A model generated the notes under the pieces. That model searched no databases. It saw only the letters and a program-made list of their open reading frames with translations, and was not told where the DNA came from. From NCBI GenBank assembly GCA_040954595.2, contig CM082593.2, positions 9,371,200-9,435,199 of the forward strand: a stretch of DNA of 64,000 nucleotides, given 5' to 3'. Source of the stretch: Balanoglossus misakiensis. Its lineage: Eukaryota; Animalia; Hemichordata. Shown here piece by piece: positions 22,341 to 35,503 of the stretch. Both the position numbers and the translations under genes were made by a program. Within the stretch, counting starts at the first letter, position 1, and each line of letters opens with the position of its first letter.

Positions 22341-25300
22341 TCTCTTAAGAGGGATCTGGGGGTGAAAGGCTTGACAGAGCCTTTTGCTGAGGATCTAGAC
22401 AGGGATTCAAGACTGAGAAAAAAACCCAGAAAAGGCCCTCTGCTATAAACATGTTTTTGTGGTCCATGTGTGTCACTAGTGTGGGTATAGCCCTGACATT
22501 GTTCCTAAATCACCAGTGGCAATATTGTGGCGTTGATGAGTTTTTTTTCGATCACTATAGCCGAGATGGCTTGGCCAGGCAAGGCTAGACTTGGCCTGGG
22601 TTTCGCGGTTTCCCTATGTATGATCAGCCATGCACACATCTACATACTGGTATGTGTGTCAATAAGATATATGCACGATTTCATTTGAATAAATGTCTCA
22701 AAACATAAGTATTTTTCCCCATTGTTTATTCACAGATGTTCCAAATCGAGAGTACCCTACCAGATTCAGATGACGTCATTGTTCTTGATCCCCAATGGTT
22801 ATGTTCTAGAATATTCGGTCCCATGCTGGCTCCTGAAATATTTGAGCAGTTTGCAAACCGCTTGCCGCGGAAGTCCTTACATATGAGAAGCGAAATTGAG
22901 GAAGTTTTCCATGGTCTGGCAGATATTGATTTGCTGATAAATCTTCTCAAAGAGTTTGCCCTTCTCTATGAGGTCATTTCTGAATCCAATACTGTAACTG
23001 GGTATGTAATACCTGAGTTGTTGGACACAGATATGCCTGCAAATCAGTGGAAACAGGATGCTACTAAGAAGATTTACTATGGTAGACGGTTCCAATGCAG
23101 AGATGATGCTGATAGTTTCTCGCCAGGATTTTCCCCCCGACTTAACGCCCGAATAGAACGCCATTTCCGAAAGATCAACCGACGGACAAGTGGTATATGG
23201 AAAAATGGCATCAAAGTGTGTCACAATGCAGAAGGCTTGGTGTATATGACAAAAGGTTGGAGAGCTATCCATGTTTGTGTTAGAGCAGAGAAAGAAGAGG
23301 AAATCGGCGAATGCTACAAATTATTAGAGACAATAACTGATATTGTCTATGAAGTGTTAGAGATCTGCTGTCCTGGTACAAGACTTGACATCCACTTGTT
23401 GAGTTCAGATTCTCTTCGAATCCATCGCAACCCTGAAGATGTCACATTCTATACATTGAAGCAAATTCGGGAAGCAGAAGAGAGGAATGAGAAGGTGTAC
23501 AACGAGGAGATGGTGATTTCAGAAGCAGCTACTGACTTTCTTTGTGCTGGGTATGATACAACCATCCTCTGACACAGTGGATATGAAAGTGGTGTCAAGT
23601 GGATGCTGAAGGATGCCCTCAAGATATTTTCTAATATCATGGATATCATCCGTTTATCCGGCAATGACTACTGGGGATATGGCAGACTTGATGGGGATCC
23701 CTCGCATGGAGGTGGATTCATGGCAATACAGTGCATTGATTCAATCCCCAACACAACATGCTTTATCTGTTTGGTCCAAGGGCTGTGGAGGACAACAACG
23801 TGCAGGCCAACAGCCAACTGCAGATAAGAAATTCTGTAAGAGCAATTTTTCCAACCTGGTTAAAATTTTTGAGCAAGAAAGTTGTGATGTCTACGCTGCC
23901 AGAGAAGAAATACATGAGATGCTCCGAAAACTTGGTGTGTCAGCTGATCATCATGATGTTGAAGGTGACATGGCTAATCTACATCTTACATCTTAAGATG
24001 ATGACATCAACATCTCTGAAGCAGACCATTGTGACGTCAGTATATCAATTTCTGATTAGTATGGCAAACGATGGCAGTATTTCCATGGAACTTGTTGCAA
24101 TGTCTGAGAAATTTAACTGAGTAACGTAATGTGTGTGTGCAAGGAAAAGGTTCCGTACACACATACTGTTATAAGCCCTGCAGAGAAATCAAAGCCAATA
24201 CACCAAACCACCCTCCACCATTACTGTCTTCTCAATAACCAGGCTGTACAACGAGGAGATGGTGATTGCAGAAACAGCTACCAACAGGTGACACAACTAA
24301 AGATAAATGAATGGAATCTGTGACATAGATCTAGCATGAGATAACAGAAAGTGAATTACCCAAATACAGTACAAGACCATCCTGCAGATACTGACCTATT
24401 TGAAGTGTATGTAATGGTTAATTACAAATTAAATCACTCTAAGGAACATGATGTCATGTCAGCTTCACAGGATGGAGACACATGCAAATAAAGTGAGTCA
24501 ATTACAATTATGAGAAAGTGACAACTAAGAAATTGTCATGTTGAGTTTACAAACTGCAGCTAATGACATCAATGACCATTATAGCAAAATAAAGTTGATT
24601 TTTTAAAAATTCTAGTGATTTTTGTGATTTGTTGCAACATTTTTTATTCAAATTATTGTTTTCACCAAAAAGCTGTACAGTAATATTTTTAATCCTGATC
24701 ATCAATATCTTCAGTAGAAACATTACTTTTGTTTGTTGACAGATTTAGGAAATTCACTCTATGTTTTGCAGATGTTCATTTTGAGCCAAAAAAGCTGAAA
24801 CATACATATCCTGTCAGTATACAATGTCTCTGATTTGTAAAGCCAAATTAGTTTGTAAAGAGTTAGTTTGTTTCAAATTGCACTAACAATAATTCCAATA
24901 AGTTTAAGCAGAAATCTGAAACACTTGTTAAGAACATGTTCACAATGATTTTGTGTAATGTTCTGGACTTCAGTTTTGATGTGTACTATTTCCCAAAAGC
25001 AAATGACTAACCAAGAATATGCAATTTAAGAGAGGTTGTCATACACTTCTTGCTTTCAATTACATTGAACACACTCTCAACATCTTTTTTCTATGTACAC
25101 AAGTTGTCACTTCAAGATCATTCATATTAGGATTGAGAAACTATTTTCTTAATTTTGAATTATAAACTAATACAGACATCACCATTCACATTTTGCAGAC
25201 ATGCTATTTAGGTGGTCGACATAACTTTATATTTTTAGTATTAAAATGTGGGAAGAGTCACTTTGAAAACAGAAAAAAATTTGCTTTCTCAAAAATAAAA

Positions 25301-27487
25301 ATACTTCAAATTTTCTCAATACACATTGAATGGTGGCCATCTTGATTTTAAAATTTGAATCAGTTTCGCTTTATCATTCAAAATTATGCCTGTTTAAAGG
25401 ATATAAGAGTAAAAATCTTGCCAAAATGAATAAACGGTAGAGACTGATTATTCATTTTGACGAGTGTTTTACTCTCGTGTCTACAAGTGGGATGGAAGTT
25501 GTGGGTGGTCGAACGTTGATTCACTATATATCCACAGTCTTGTATCAAACATAATTAACAGAAAAATGGCAGCAAGAGAGAGATTTTGTCCCTTTAAATG
25601 TTATTCCATGTATGACCTCATCTTGGATATGAATATTATCTGTTACCAATCCTTGCAATGCAGTTTCCATAACTGCAGTTTTACAGTTCTTTTTCATGAG
25701 GACTTGAGAAATGAATTATTTACTGCTTCTTCACAGCCAGAAAGATTCTTTATAGGTTTTTAAAATCCTTGATGTGTTCAAAATAAATCTTTTACTTTTG
25801 CAATCTTTTGTGTATATGTGTGTCCATTGTTAGCATTCCCCCCCCCCCCCCCACCCCCCGAGTTGAACACGGGCTGCCAAATTATTGCAATACAAGACAT
25901 GAACTATTCCTACTGCTTCTCATGTTTGGTTTTAATGTGCACCTTCAAAATCAGTCATATTCTCCTCAATACAACTTTAGATTATTCTTGCTTAAAACAA
26001 AGAATACAGATTAATTATTCACCGTAAAAATTTGAATGACAAAAATTGTCTCAAATTTGAAATTCAAAATGGCCGCTATAACTCCATGGTGAACATTGTT
26101 TATTTTTTTATGAAACCAAGGTGATGAAAATCTTTTTTTTTTCAAATCGACTTCATATACACTTTAATACAAAAACATGGAAGAGTTTGGAGGACTGATC
26201 TTTGTGAAAATAACCAACTTAATGAATATTTTTTTTCACTCAACTACTGGAAAGTAAGTTGTGCTTTGATTGGTTGCTGACTGAGACAAATGTGTAGATA
26301 ACCAATCACAACACAGCTACCTTCATGATTGAGCATGTAGAAAGTGTAGTCTCCCTCAGAAATCGCCCAAAACATCGCTATTAATGCGAGCAGAGGATAG
26401 CATGTATGAACTTTGACATGAAATTGGTAGTTACCCTGGTTACGACGTTGATTTGTGACTGGTACACTTTCCACCCTTTGAAGAAAGAAAAAAAGAAACA
26501 AGTTCTTTTCTGTGCAACACTTCAGAGTCACAAGTGATTTCATCAAGAGAAACTTCTATCAGGCAAATTTTACTTGAAATGTTTGAAGAATTGGCACTGG
26601 GTTGATTTTATTTTGGAGTGAGTTAAGTACTCAGGGAGTCATCATTTGGTATCCCCACGGGGGGTCTAGATGCTGTTTTCTGATGGGAGAGACAATTCAT
26701 TCCAGTGGAATGTGACACTTAGGAAATAAATAGACCATAGCACCAAAAAGAACAATTTCAGAATAAAATCCCTCATAACATATCAGCTCACAATCAGAAT
26801 GCAGATAAGTATATGAGATAAGAGAAATTCCAACAAATGTCTTCATATTTGACTTCCAGTCCAACTTGAGTGGAAATGGCATAAACTTCAATGATTTTGT
26901 GCCCTTGAGCAAGGCACTTTTTATTCTCATTGATCTGGGGGGACTGACTTTGTATAGATGATTGTTCTAGTCATCCTATCCTAGGTAGACAACATTTCTG
27001 TGTTTGATATGGATGAATTTAATAAATTAAAAACTGCATCGTTAGCCATTTTTGAATGCTGCTAAATAATAAATATATCCAGAATTTGATAAAACAATTC
27101 TATTTGAAATCCATTGTTTTCTTTGGCAATATATGACCATAATTTTGTCGCAAATATATAAATGGTATATATACAGTATTATATTATATCATGCTACCGT
27201 CCGCAATTCTGATTGGACGAGAGCTCAATCCAGCGATGCTAAAATACTCATAATGCACTGCTGGCAGAGCTAAAACGGGCCCCTGCTGAACTAGCATATG
27301 GCAGCAAAAACCACAGTCACGCGTGTTTAAACCAAATAAATAAAACAACAATACTGTTGAATTAACGGACGTTTTATTTTGAAATTGCTCTGTGGAAATA
27401 TTTTTCACTTTGCCACGCGCGATGCCCGTCTTGTCACTTTTTGTCGTCTGCTTCATGTTTAATGCTCGATCCCGGCTGGATCCCGGC

Positions 27488-27632
27488 CTTGCCGTTGTAT
27501 GGGCATGCGAACGATTCCACTTGTATGTATATGGTCAGAAATTCACCATTGTGACAGACCACAAGCCGTTGGTCCACATATACAACAATCCAATTTCGAA
27601 ACCACCTGCCAGAATCGAACGTTGGGCACTGA
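27488..27632 (+). mobile_element. Isolated Ty3/Gypsy RNase H fragment
   Basis: LAVVWACERFHLYVYGQKFTIVTDHKPL...PPARIERWAL. Confidence 0.8.
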
Positions 27633-30600
27633 AGCCGTCGGCACAGAAATTAAAAAGAAGAAGAAGAAGAAGAAAATGAGCACGAGTTACACGTCTATAA
27701 AATTTACAGCTTGTTGAAATTAGGAAGGTTACTTTTCAATATCAGTAGCGCGATACGAGTCAAACAACCCTCTATATACCGATAAGAAGTTGTTACCATG
27801 GTGATAAAATAAACATCTGTAAGACTGAGATCTGTCAATTATTTTTTTTCATTCATGCATAAGAAATAGATCACTAATCGAAAAATTAAAATTAAATCTT
27901 AATACTCAACAACAGGGTTCGGCCTTAATGTCAAAATTACTCTATTCTATAAATAGCTCTCAACGGTTAGATTTTTTGAAAGTAAATTATTGCTGATGGT
28001 TGGAATACTTAATTTTCAATCTCAGATTCCGTGAAAATATTACAAAATAATACAGGATAAAGTCGATGGCGTTTTAATTGTCACTAATGCATTCTATACG
28101 TCCCCTGGAGGTAACCCAGGGAGATTCCTGAACGAAACAGGGATGGTGTCCCATTGTGAAGGTTGTCTATGGGAGGAAACTGATGGGCAGGCCTAGGGCT
28201 TTAGTTTTCCAGCTGAAAAATTAATGCGTTTCGTGTTTATTTATCTGTGATGTGCCTAAAGTACCCCAAACCTTCCGTTTCTACAGTCAACTTGTCGTCA
28301 TATTTCATTTTTCTAAAATTGTGAAAAGAACACAAAACAATTTAAATTTGCTTCTCCAAGAACATTTTACTTCTGTTCTACAAAATAAAGGGGGAAAAAT
28401 GTGTCATTTGTCTGTCGATGTTTAAAGGGGCAATTTTCAATCCCTGGTTTTCGCATTAGTAGGTGCTCCTCCTAGTCAAACATTAGGCTAGTTGCGATGT
28501 TTAACCTACAGTACGTTAAAAACACACTCCAATCACAACAGTTTACCACCTTAGCTAATCCTATAAAGGGTGCTAGGTATTACAGATAACGATAACGGCC
28601 GTGCCATGGTCTAGCTGCACACGAGTACAGTAGAGACTGTTTACGGTCAACTGGAAAGCAAGAGGCCGATCGCTCTAACCACTTCGACGCTCAATTCTCC
28701 CAAGCGCGCACAGGTGCAAGCTCTGGAATGCGATCGCGAAACTTCGGACAATGCTCTGTAAAGTAAGCCCTACAACGCAATCTCGCACAAAGAAGCGGTA
28801 TTCACCTCACTATGATCTGAAATCAGCGTGTATTGATTCTTACTTGCATTTGTCCTGCGAGGCAGGACCGTCTTGATGACGACTTTGACCTCAAGCAATT
28901 GTGATTAGAGGCGCAGCCGGCAGCATGCAAAACAGTCATCCTGCATGCATGACCGGCTACCGTACCACGCGTCGGTCAATCCACTTGCGCACGGCTGGGG
29001 CGGCTCGGCACAGGCCTGTCTATAATTTTCCTATCAACTTGAGAGCGGATCGCTACTCAAAATAGGCGTTGAAATGTCTGAATTCGCGATCATCAAGTTT
29101 ATAGATCGACATCGATACAAACCCAGTTCAAGCTAGACTGATCCCCGGAAATGAACGATGCGAAAATGTCCGCATTGTTTTAATTGCTGACAGTCGCGAT
29201 CGTGGCGTCGGTAATTTTTGAAGGGAGCTCAGATGCTTGTCGAAAATTCCACATGAAAGGAATACAAGTCGAATTACCAAAACTATAAATGATTGGCAGC
29301 ATGTCTTGATACTTGGTGCGTCATGATTTGCAGGTAGAAAGTCCTATCTATTGCTATTGCGACATGGGCCTATAGGCGCGGCTATATGCACTCGTGAAGC
29401 TGTCGCGCCCGTGTACAGCAGCACGCACGCTCAGGCACAGTTACGTTAGCATTCAAATATCCAGATGACGGGCAACTTCAATAGCGTGGAGGCATTATAC
29501 CTGATACATGGTACGTGTCTGGCGGTTTTTAAAATAAAAACATACTTGGAAAAATCTTTTACTGAATGGCGAAATATTGCTTGCCCGTCACTTGGAAATG
29601 ACAAAGCCGTGGGTCACATGGCCAGATCACGTGATTGATAGCAAAACAATTCTTTGACTGACTTTCTGCGTTTCCGTACGTTTCGATATTTCATGAAATC
29701 CGGGCATCACTGAAGTCAAGAGTCCGTTTAAGGTTTTTTAAGAGACGACATTATTGTACATATTATAATGCGATACATCTTTATTTTTGGCAGTTTTCTT
29801 TGAGTGGTGATTGTTTTTGACAAAAATGAATGGTACATTAAAATAACACCAAAGTCATATCCTCGGGTGTGTAGTGTACTTCTTTATTCACTTTTATATG
29901 TGAGTATGTGTGCCTGTGTAATGATTTGTGCATTTCTTTTTAATTTTTTATTACGAAGTGTTTTGGTGATTACGGTAGTTCTCTTTTTGAAGGATGTGGT
30001 GGCCCTGATAAGGGCCGTTTGGTATGTGTATGCACTAGAGCATACGTCTCTGGGTTTCTACAGAGAGGCACTAAAAACTTCTTCGACAAAACGCCTCCAC
30101 ACATTGGTCCTCCAACGACTTGTTTTTTCCGTCAATACCCTGCGCTCAGACCTCCTCCTGTACTGCCTTCCTCGCCGACTCTTCCTGGTATTGGTTGACA
30201 CCAATTTCGCTTCTGCGTCATATTTTATTGTTTTGTCAGTGATAAGCTTGCACAGAAACATTGTAAATTATCATGGGGAAAACATGAACACACTCGGAAA
30301 TAAAATAAAACTTACCCAGTCCAGACAGGTGAGATCACTCCTGAATTTATAGGAGTTTTTTTTAATGGGATGCGCAACATTGTTGAAGCTCTCAACATAG
30401 TGTGTGTCTTTACACTAGAATGGAAAATAAAATAAAATCTTTACAAAGAGTAGAGACTTTGGTTTTCCATAATCGTGTCTGCATATAGCTGACAAAAACT
30501 ACAGCATAATCTCGGTACAAGAAAGCCTGAGAGAAATACTGCTATGCTCTATCTGCTGCATGGTGGTGTTCAAACACTGCACATTGTAACTACATGTACC

Positions 30601-33600
30601 TGTATTCTGAAATCGTGTTTCAAGCTAAACATTGTCATTCAATACACATAGCTAAGCACACCTACATTTACCTCATGCTATGTAATACTTAAAAAACTCA
30701 CATCAACATAATTCTCTGGCTTCTTGTACAGCTGCGTCTTTCTAACTGCATGCCTCAGGAGGTCAGCTGCTTTCGATTGCCTGATTGGGCGGAACGATGC
30801 TTCGTAATTCGCGCTATTCCGACACCTCGATTTTGGGTCACACCCAGCGTGATTATCCTACAGATCGAAAAGATAACATGTACCGTCTATTTGATGGAAT
30901 TTAAGAAGCACAGTCACGGTTTTGTCCTGATGTTGGCATCCACAGATAACTTTAAAAGAATGTGTGATGGCGATGGTTACATTTTCAACTATTTTATTTA
31001 ATCAAAAAAGTTATTTTTGTTTCATTCAAAGGTAATTACCTGATAATGAGCGACAATATTGTCTAATTTTTTTCGGATTAGCGCCGCTGCTTCGGTTCGT
31101 GCCCGGGTTGTGTTGCCATTGTCCAGAAGGTGTTGTTTTGCCCGTGTCATGGCCCAGTAGCAATGTGTCTTTACATTGGCCCCTGTGGAGAGGTGAACAC
31201 ATAGTTGAATTTGTAATAATTGTTATCACAAACGAAATGGCTTTACGTTTAATATCTCCATTTTCAAAGCTGCATAGAGGAAAACAAATATTCAACGCAT
31301 AAAACTGAACATGAAACAGAAACTCGTAACCACAGATACCTGACCAAAAGTGAAAACTGAACATTGCGATTGAGAAAACATAAAATGTGTGTGATTTTAC
31401 CTTTATCTGCAAGTTCAGGGTGCCAGGTTACGTTCATGTTTCGTTGTGTCCCCGTGGTTACTCGTTTCATCTCTCGGCCTATTGCCTTGGTAACTGTAAA
31501 ATAAAAACAAGCATTGATGTTACAGCTCCTCGCCTACGTGTACACGATGAAACAGAATCAATTAATGGTGCCTGGATTGATGCAACTCTGCCTTGAAAAC
31601 AAACCTGAATACACATATTCACTTTCAAATTATAAGTTTACAGATGATCAAAAGTCGTCAGCTAAAAATGTATGTGACGTCCTTATGTACATGTACTAAA
31701 TTGGAGTGTTTTTGCTGCTACACCTTCCCCTGTCAAGTAAGAATGAAGCCTTACCATGCCATGTGTCGTTGCTGCTGATGGTATCTGGCCTTTCCTCTCG
31801 CAGGAATTTGTTTACAGACGCGTTGTTGTCGTGGCCATGAACTAAAATTGGAACCCCTGTAAATGTAATCATTTGCAATAGCCGGTTGTCAGTGTGACAT
31901 ATTTTCTTGCATAGAATTATAATTATCGTTTTATATGTGGTCCATGTACATGCCTCAAGTTTTGTAAAAACATTTAGCAAGGATTTTACTGATACTGATG
32001 GGAAAGCACCGTGTTAATACTATGTTTTACCTTTTTCATCAGCCCAGTTATAAAATCGCCTGATCCCAACCATCTCGTGTCTTTGGGAACACGGGTCATC
32101 GTGCTTCCTGACCAACTTCTTATGGATGCACTTATGGGTTCGAAAACAAAGAAAAATAGTTACAAATAAAGTTATTCGAATTTAATCCAAAATTGCCATA
32201 TATTACAATAACAGTATACGTCAAAGCATGTGGCATGTCAGTTCGGAGAAGTGTGTTGATGCCAAACACAATACTCACTGTCGACAGAAATAGCGATGCG
32301 ATTGAGTGCGTGTAAGGGTAACACATTACCATACATATAACCATCATTGCCATAGAGATGAAAAATGTTATTTCTAACGAAAAGTTGTTACATACATGTC
32401 ACCAAGTACAACTATGTCAGAGTTTTGTGCATTCTTTCATGTACCGTGTCGTGCATCGCTCATATTTTCAATCCCCAGCTTAATGGTGCGGTCTTCCGAT
32501 GCGATTTCCTGAAATTGGATTCAAAAACAAAATGTATTAGGCCTATATGAACACACGGATAAAATGTGGCATGATAAAAATATCAAATAACATTTATTTA
32601 GTTGTTTTTGGGTGGTGAAATGTCATACCTCGTTTAATGCATCATCCATGGATTTGACCGCTTCATTGTGGACAGTTTGTCGGTACTTCTCAAAAACTGA
32701 ATAAAAAAAAGACAGACGAGAAATGGGCCGCCGCAAGGGAAAAGGGCCCTTATGCATGGATTTTTCGATTTTTATTTTTTGTCGTTTTTTGATAGTACCT
32801 GTGCTCCTCTTTTCATATGTGTGCCGCTCACTATGAACTTACACCTGGAAATGGCATTTGTGGCCCATTGAATGTGACATATGACCTTTGACCTCAGCCC
32901 ACAAATAAAATTCACTGTTTTTGTTTCACAATAAAGAGGTTTAAAAACCAAACATCTTTTCCCAACTACATGGAAGATCTGTATCCATTTATACCGTAGG
33001 TACTGACTAAATCAACTTTTTAGGGGGAGAGGGGGTGTCTGTCATTCCATTATATCATAGGGGTGGAAAGCACACAAGATGATGCTAGTTCTATTTAAAA
33101 ATACATTTTATTAGACACCACAAGTGCCAAAACTCTACACATCACATCCTCCGAAAATATGAATATTTACATGACATTATTGACATAACTGTTGCCATGG
33201 CTACCAGCAGTCTCCATCTAAACTGTTGCCATGGCTACCTGTAGTGTCAGAACTCCAACCATTACATCACTGATATTGCTACATACAATTCTAACTATCA
33301 TTTTTTTCAGATAACATTTAAATATTTACAAGTTTGCATTTATTTTCAGTACTACATACATGCAAGAGTATTCAGTGGGTTTTTGGATTTACTCTTCAGG
33401 GCAAAATGCATGTCTAAATGGCTGTCTGACAAATGGAACAATTTCCTTCTGTAACTCTCTCCATCTGGCTAAACTCATTCCTCCAGCAGGCAATACAGAG
33501 GGTTTTATATGTGGTGATCGAGGCCAAGTAGCATTTCTTTTGAGCAGATCTATACGGATTTCATCATCTGTGACTAATTTTCTAACATATACAGCACCAG

Positions 33601-34787
33601 GATCATTCTTGGTGAATCTAAAATGATGATAAACACGAATTCCCTTCAATGGTTTGAGAAATGAAGAAAAAAATGAATCCCACTCAAACCATTGAAAGTT
33701 GGGATCAGAATTCCGACTGCCATAACATTTCACATTGTTTATTCGTGAACTTTTTGACACAATGTCTGCCAGCTGCTGAACTGTGTCAACATCACTTCTA
33801 CGATACACTTGCCGAATCTTACCGAAACAAGCATCACAAATGCACTTTGTATGACCTGGTTCCAAGAAATGATAATTAATTTCGTCATGTTAACCAGTAC
33901 TGGTACGGTAACAAAAATAATGAATGACAGTTTTGTTTTTATTCTGACCTCCACAGTTGTCAGCATGGCAATGACAACTCTTTTCACCCAATCCATGCTC
34001 CTCAAAATAATTGTGAAGCATGCTAACTACATTATTGGCACCATGGCACTTTCTGTTATCAATGCCAATGGTCTCAGACTCATCAAACAGATAATTCATT
34101 TGAGATTGTTGACTATCATTACATATACCAAAGCAATTTACACGTAGTGGATTCAGAAAATACAGTGGACTAACTTGACGAGACTGATGGGGCAGCAGAA
34201 AACTCTGTGCAAAATCAAATGTACAATGAACATCATGTAAATCATAAGAGCAAGGACTACATGGGGGCTGAACTTCAATGTCTCTGAGTTCATCCTGTGC
34301 CTTTCTAATGCACAAGTTCAGAAATTCTCTTTCATTTTGTGATTTCAAAATGTGTCCTGAGAATGCAATACTAGAGTTCAGTTTGTCTTCTTCTGTTGAG
34401 GCAAACTGAATTTCATTCCGGAAGTGTTCACATTTGGCACACACATCTGTACGAGGTTCCATTCGCTGAATGTGTGGTACACACAATTTCCAGATATTTC
34501 GGAAAGTTGTCTCCCCCACAGGCTGCTTGGTTGGCTGACAAACATTACAGGCCTCCACATACTTCTTATACATATCAGCCTTGGTGTCACAGGATGGAAG
34601 ATAAATTGGAGGCCTTCCATCTCTACCACAAGGAGCAGCTGGCATAGGCAGACCATTGTCATCTGCATATCTGACCAGGAACTGAACAGCATCTTGCACT
34701 GTCTGTTTGGAAAAAAGAATAGTTAAGTCACTCAAAATAAATTAGTGAACACTGAGAACACATATACAGGTTAGATAGCAAACCACC

Positions 34788-35035
34788 TAAAGGGACAAAG
34801 TCTCTCTCTCACTGCCCTTTTTTCCATTAATTATGTTTGATACAAGACACCATTTGTTATTCTACGTGTGGATATAGGGAATCAATGTTGACCAAACACA
34901 ACTTCCATCCCACTTGAAGATGCGAGAGTGAAAAACTGGCCGAAATGAATAATCGGTCTCTACCATTTATTCATTTTGACAAGATTTTTATTCTCATCCT
35001 GCAAAGTGGATGTTGTGTGTGGTCGAGCACTGATT
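34788..35035 (+). repeat. Dispersed non-autonomous repeat (related copies at ~44072-44345 and, inverted, ~25400-25525)
   Basis: Shared aaagggacaaagtctctctctc... and the internal palindromic core aaatgaa(t/c)aatcggtctctaccatttattcattttg. Confidence 0.65.
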
Positions 35036-35194
35036 CAATGTCGGAGGGTCCATGTGAAAGTCTCAGTGTCAATTGGGCATGCTCCAAACTGTGGGTGAAA
35101 AATACTACTTCAAGATGGCCAGCATATGAAGCAGCTGTCAGGAGGAGGAGACAAGATATTGAGGGGCCCAGATACAGTATTACTGTATACACAT

Positions 35195-35503
35195 GATGAC
35201 TGACTGTGACAATGAGGGCAACAGTGTATTTTTGATGACCTTGGGACTGAGGGCATAGGGAAAACAAGACTGTTTTAGTTGTGACTAGCAGTCCCGAGGT
35301 CATCAAAAATACACCGTTGCCCGAATATGTCAGTCATCATGTGTTTTATAACACACCAAACATGACACACACCACATCCAGGCAACAGTACCAGGCAGAA
35401 ACCGATCGAAATCATGCCCTAGGGAACAGTTCGAAATGACTAAGGTCACGTGACGGCGTATTGACGAATCACGATCGAGTGTTCGCTGCATGGTGTGTTA
35501 TAA
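35195..35503. mobile_element. Foldback non-autonomous element inside a Sola1 intron
   Basis: Hairpin gggcaacagtgtatttttgatgaccttgggactg ... cagtcccgaggtcatcaaaaatacaccgttgccc, then ttataacacacca ... tggtgtgttataa. Confidence 0.6.

Larger units (their letters stand above)
49..23996 (+). pseudogene. Roco-family gene (ankyrin repeats - ROC - COR - death domain; DAPK-like C-terminal architecture), 5' end outside the window, disrupted
   Basis: Post-array exons: 13836-13946, 14755-14814, 15535-15663 (P-loop GYGGNGKTT), 16106-16390 (VWDFAGQTEYY), 16697-16823 (VILIGSKAD), 17185-17333, 19093-19272 (YLHYLGE), 22736-23996 (VLDPQWLC COR motif; death-domain-like GNDYWDMADLMGI...SPTQHALSVW). Lesions: TGA 15571-15573, TGA 23570-23572, +1 G at 23673-23676, 28-bp deletion in the exon at 9073, transposon in the exon at 49. 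Confidence 0.85.

Noticed and set aside
49-23996. Calling the gene DAPK1 or LRRK
   Set aside because: No kinase or LRR domain is in the window and the repeat number is far above DAPK1; orthology cannot be shown from this sequence.
28080-29800. CpG-rich block as a gene, promoter or Kolobok terminus
   Set aside because: No convincing ORF, TIR partner or TSD found by eye; probably decayed repeats.
29804-30352. 182-aa hydrophobic + strand ORF
   Set aside because: Antisense to the last Kolobok-like exons and AT-rich flank; no motif support.
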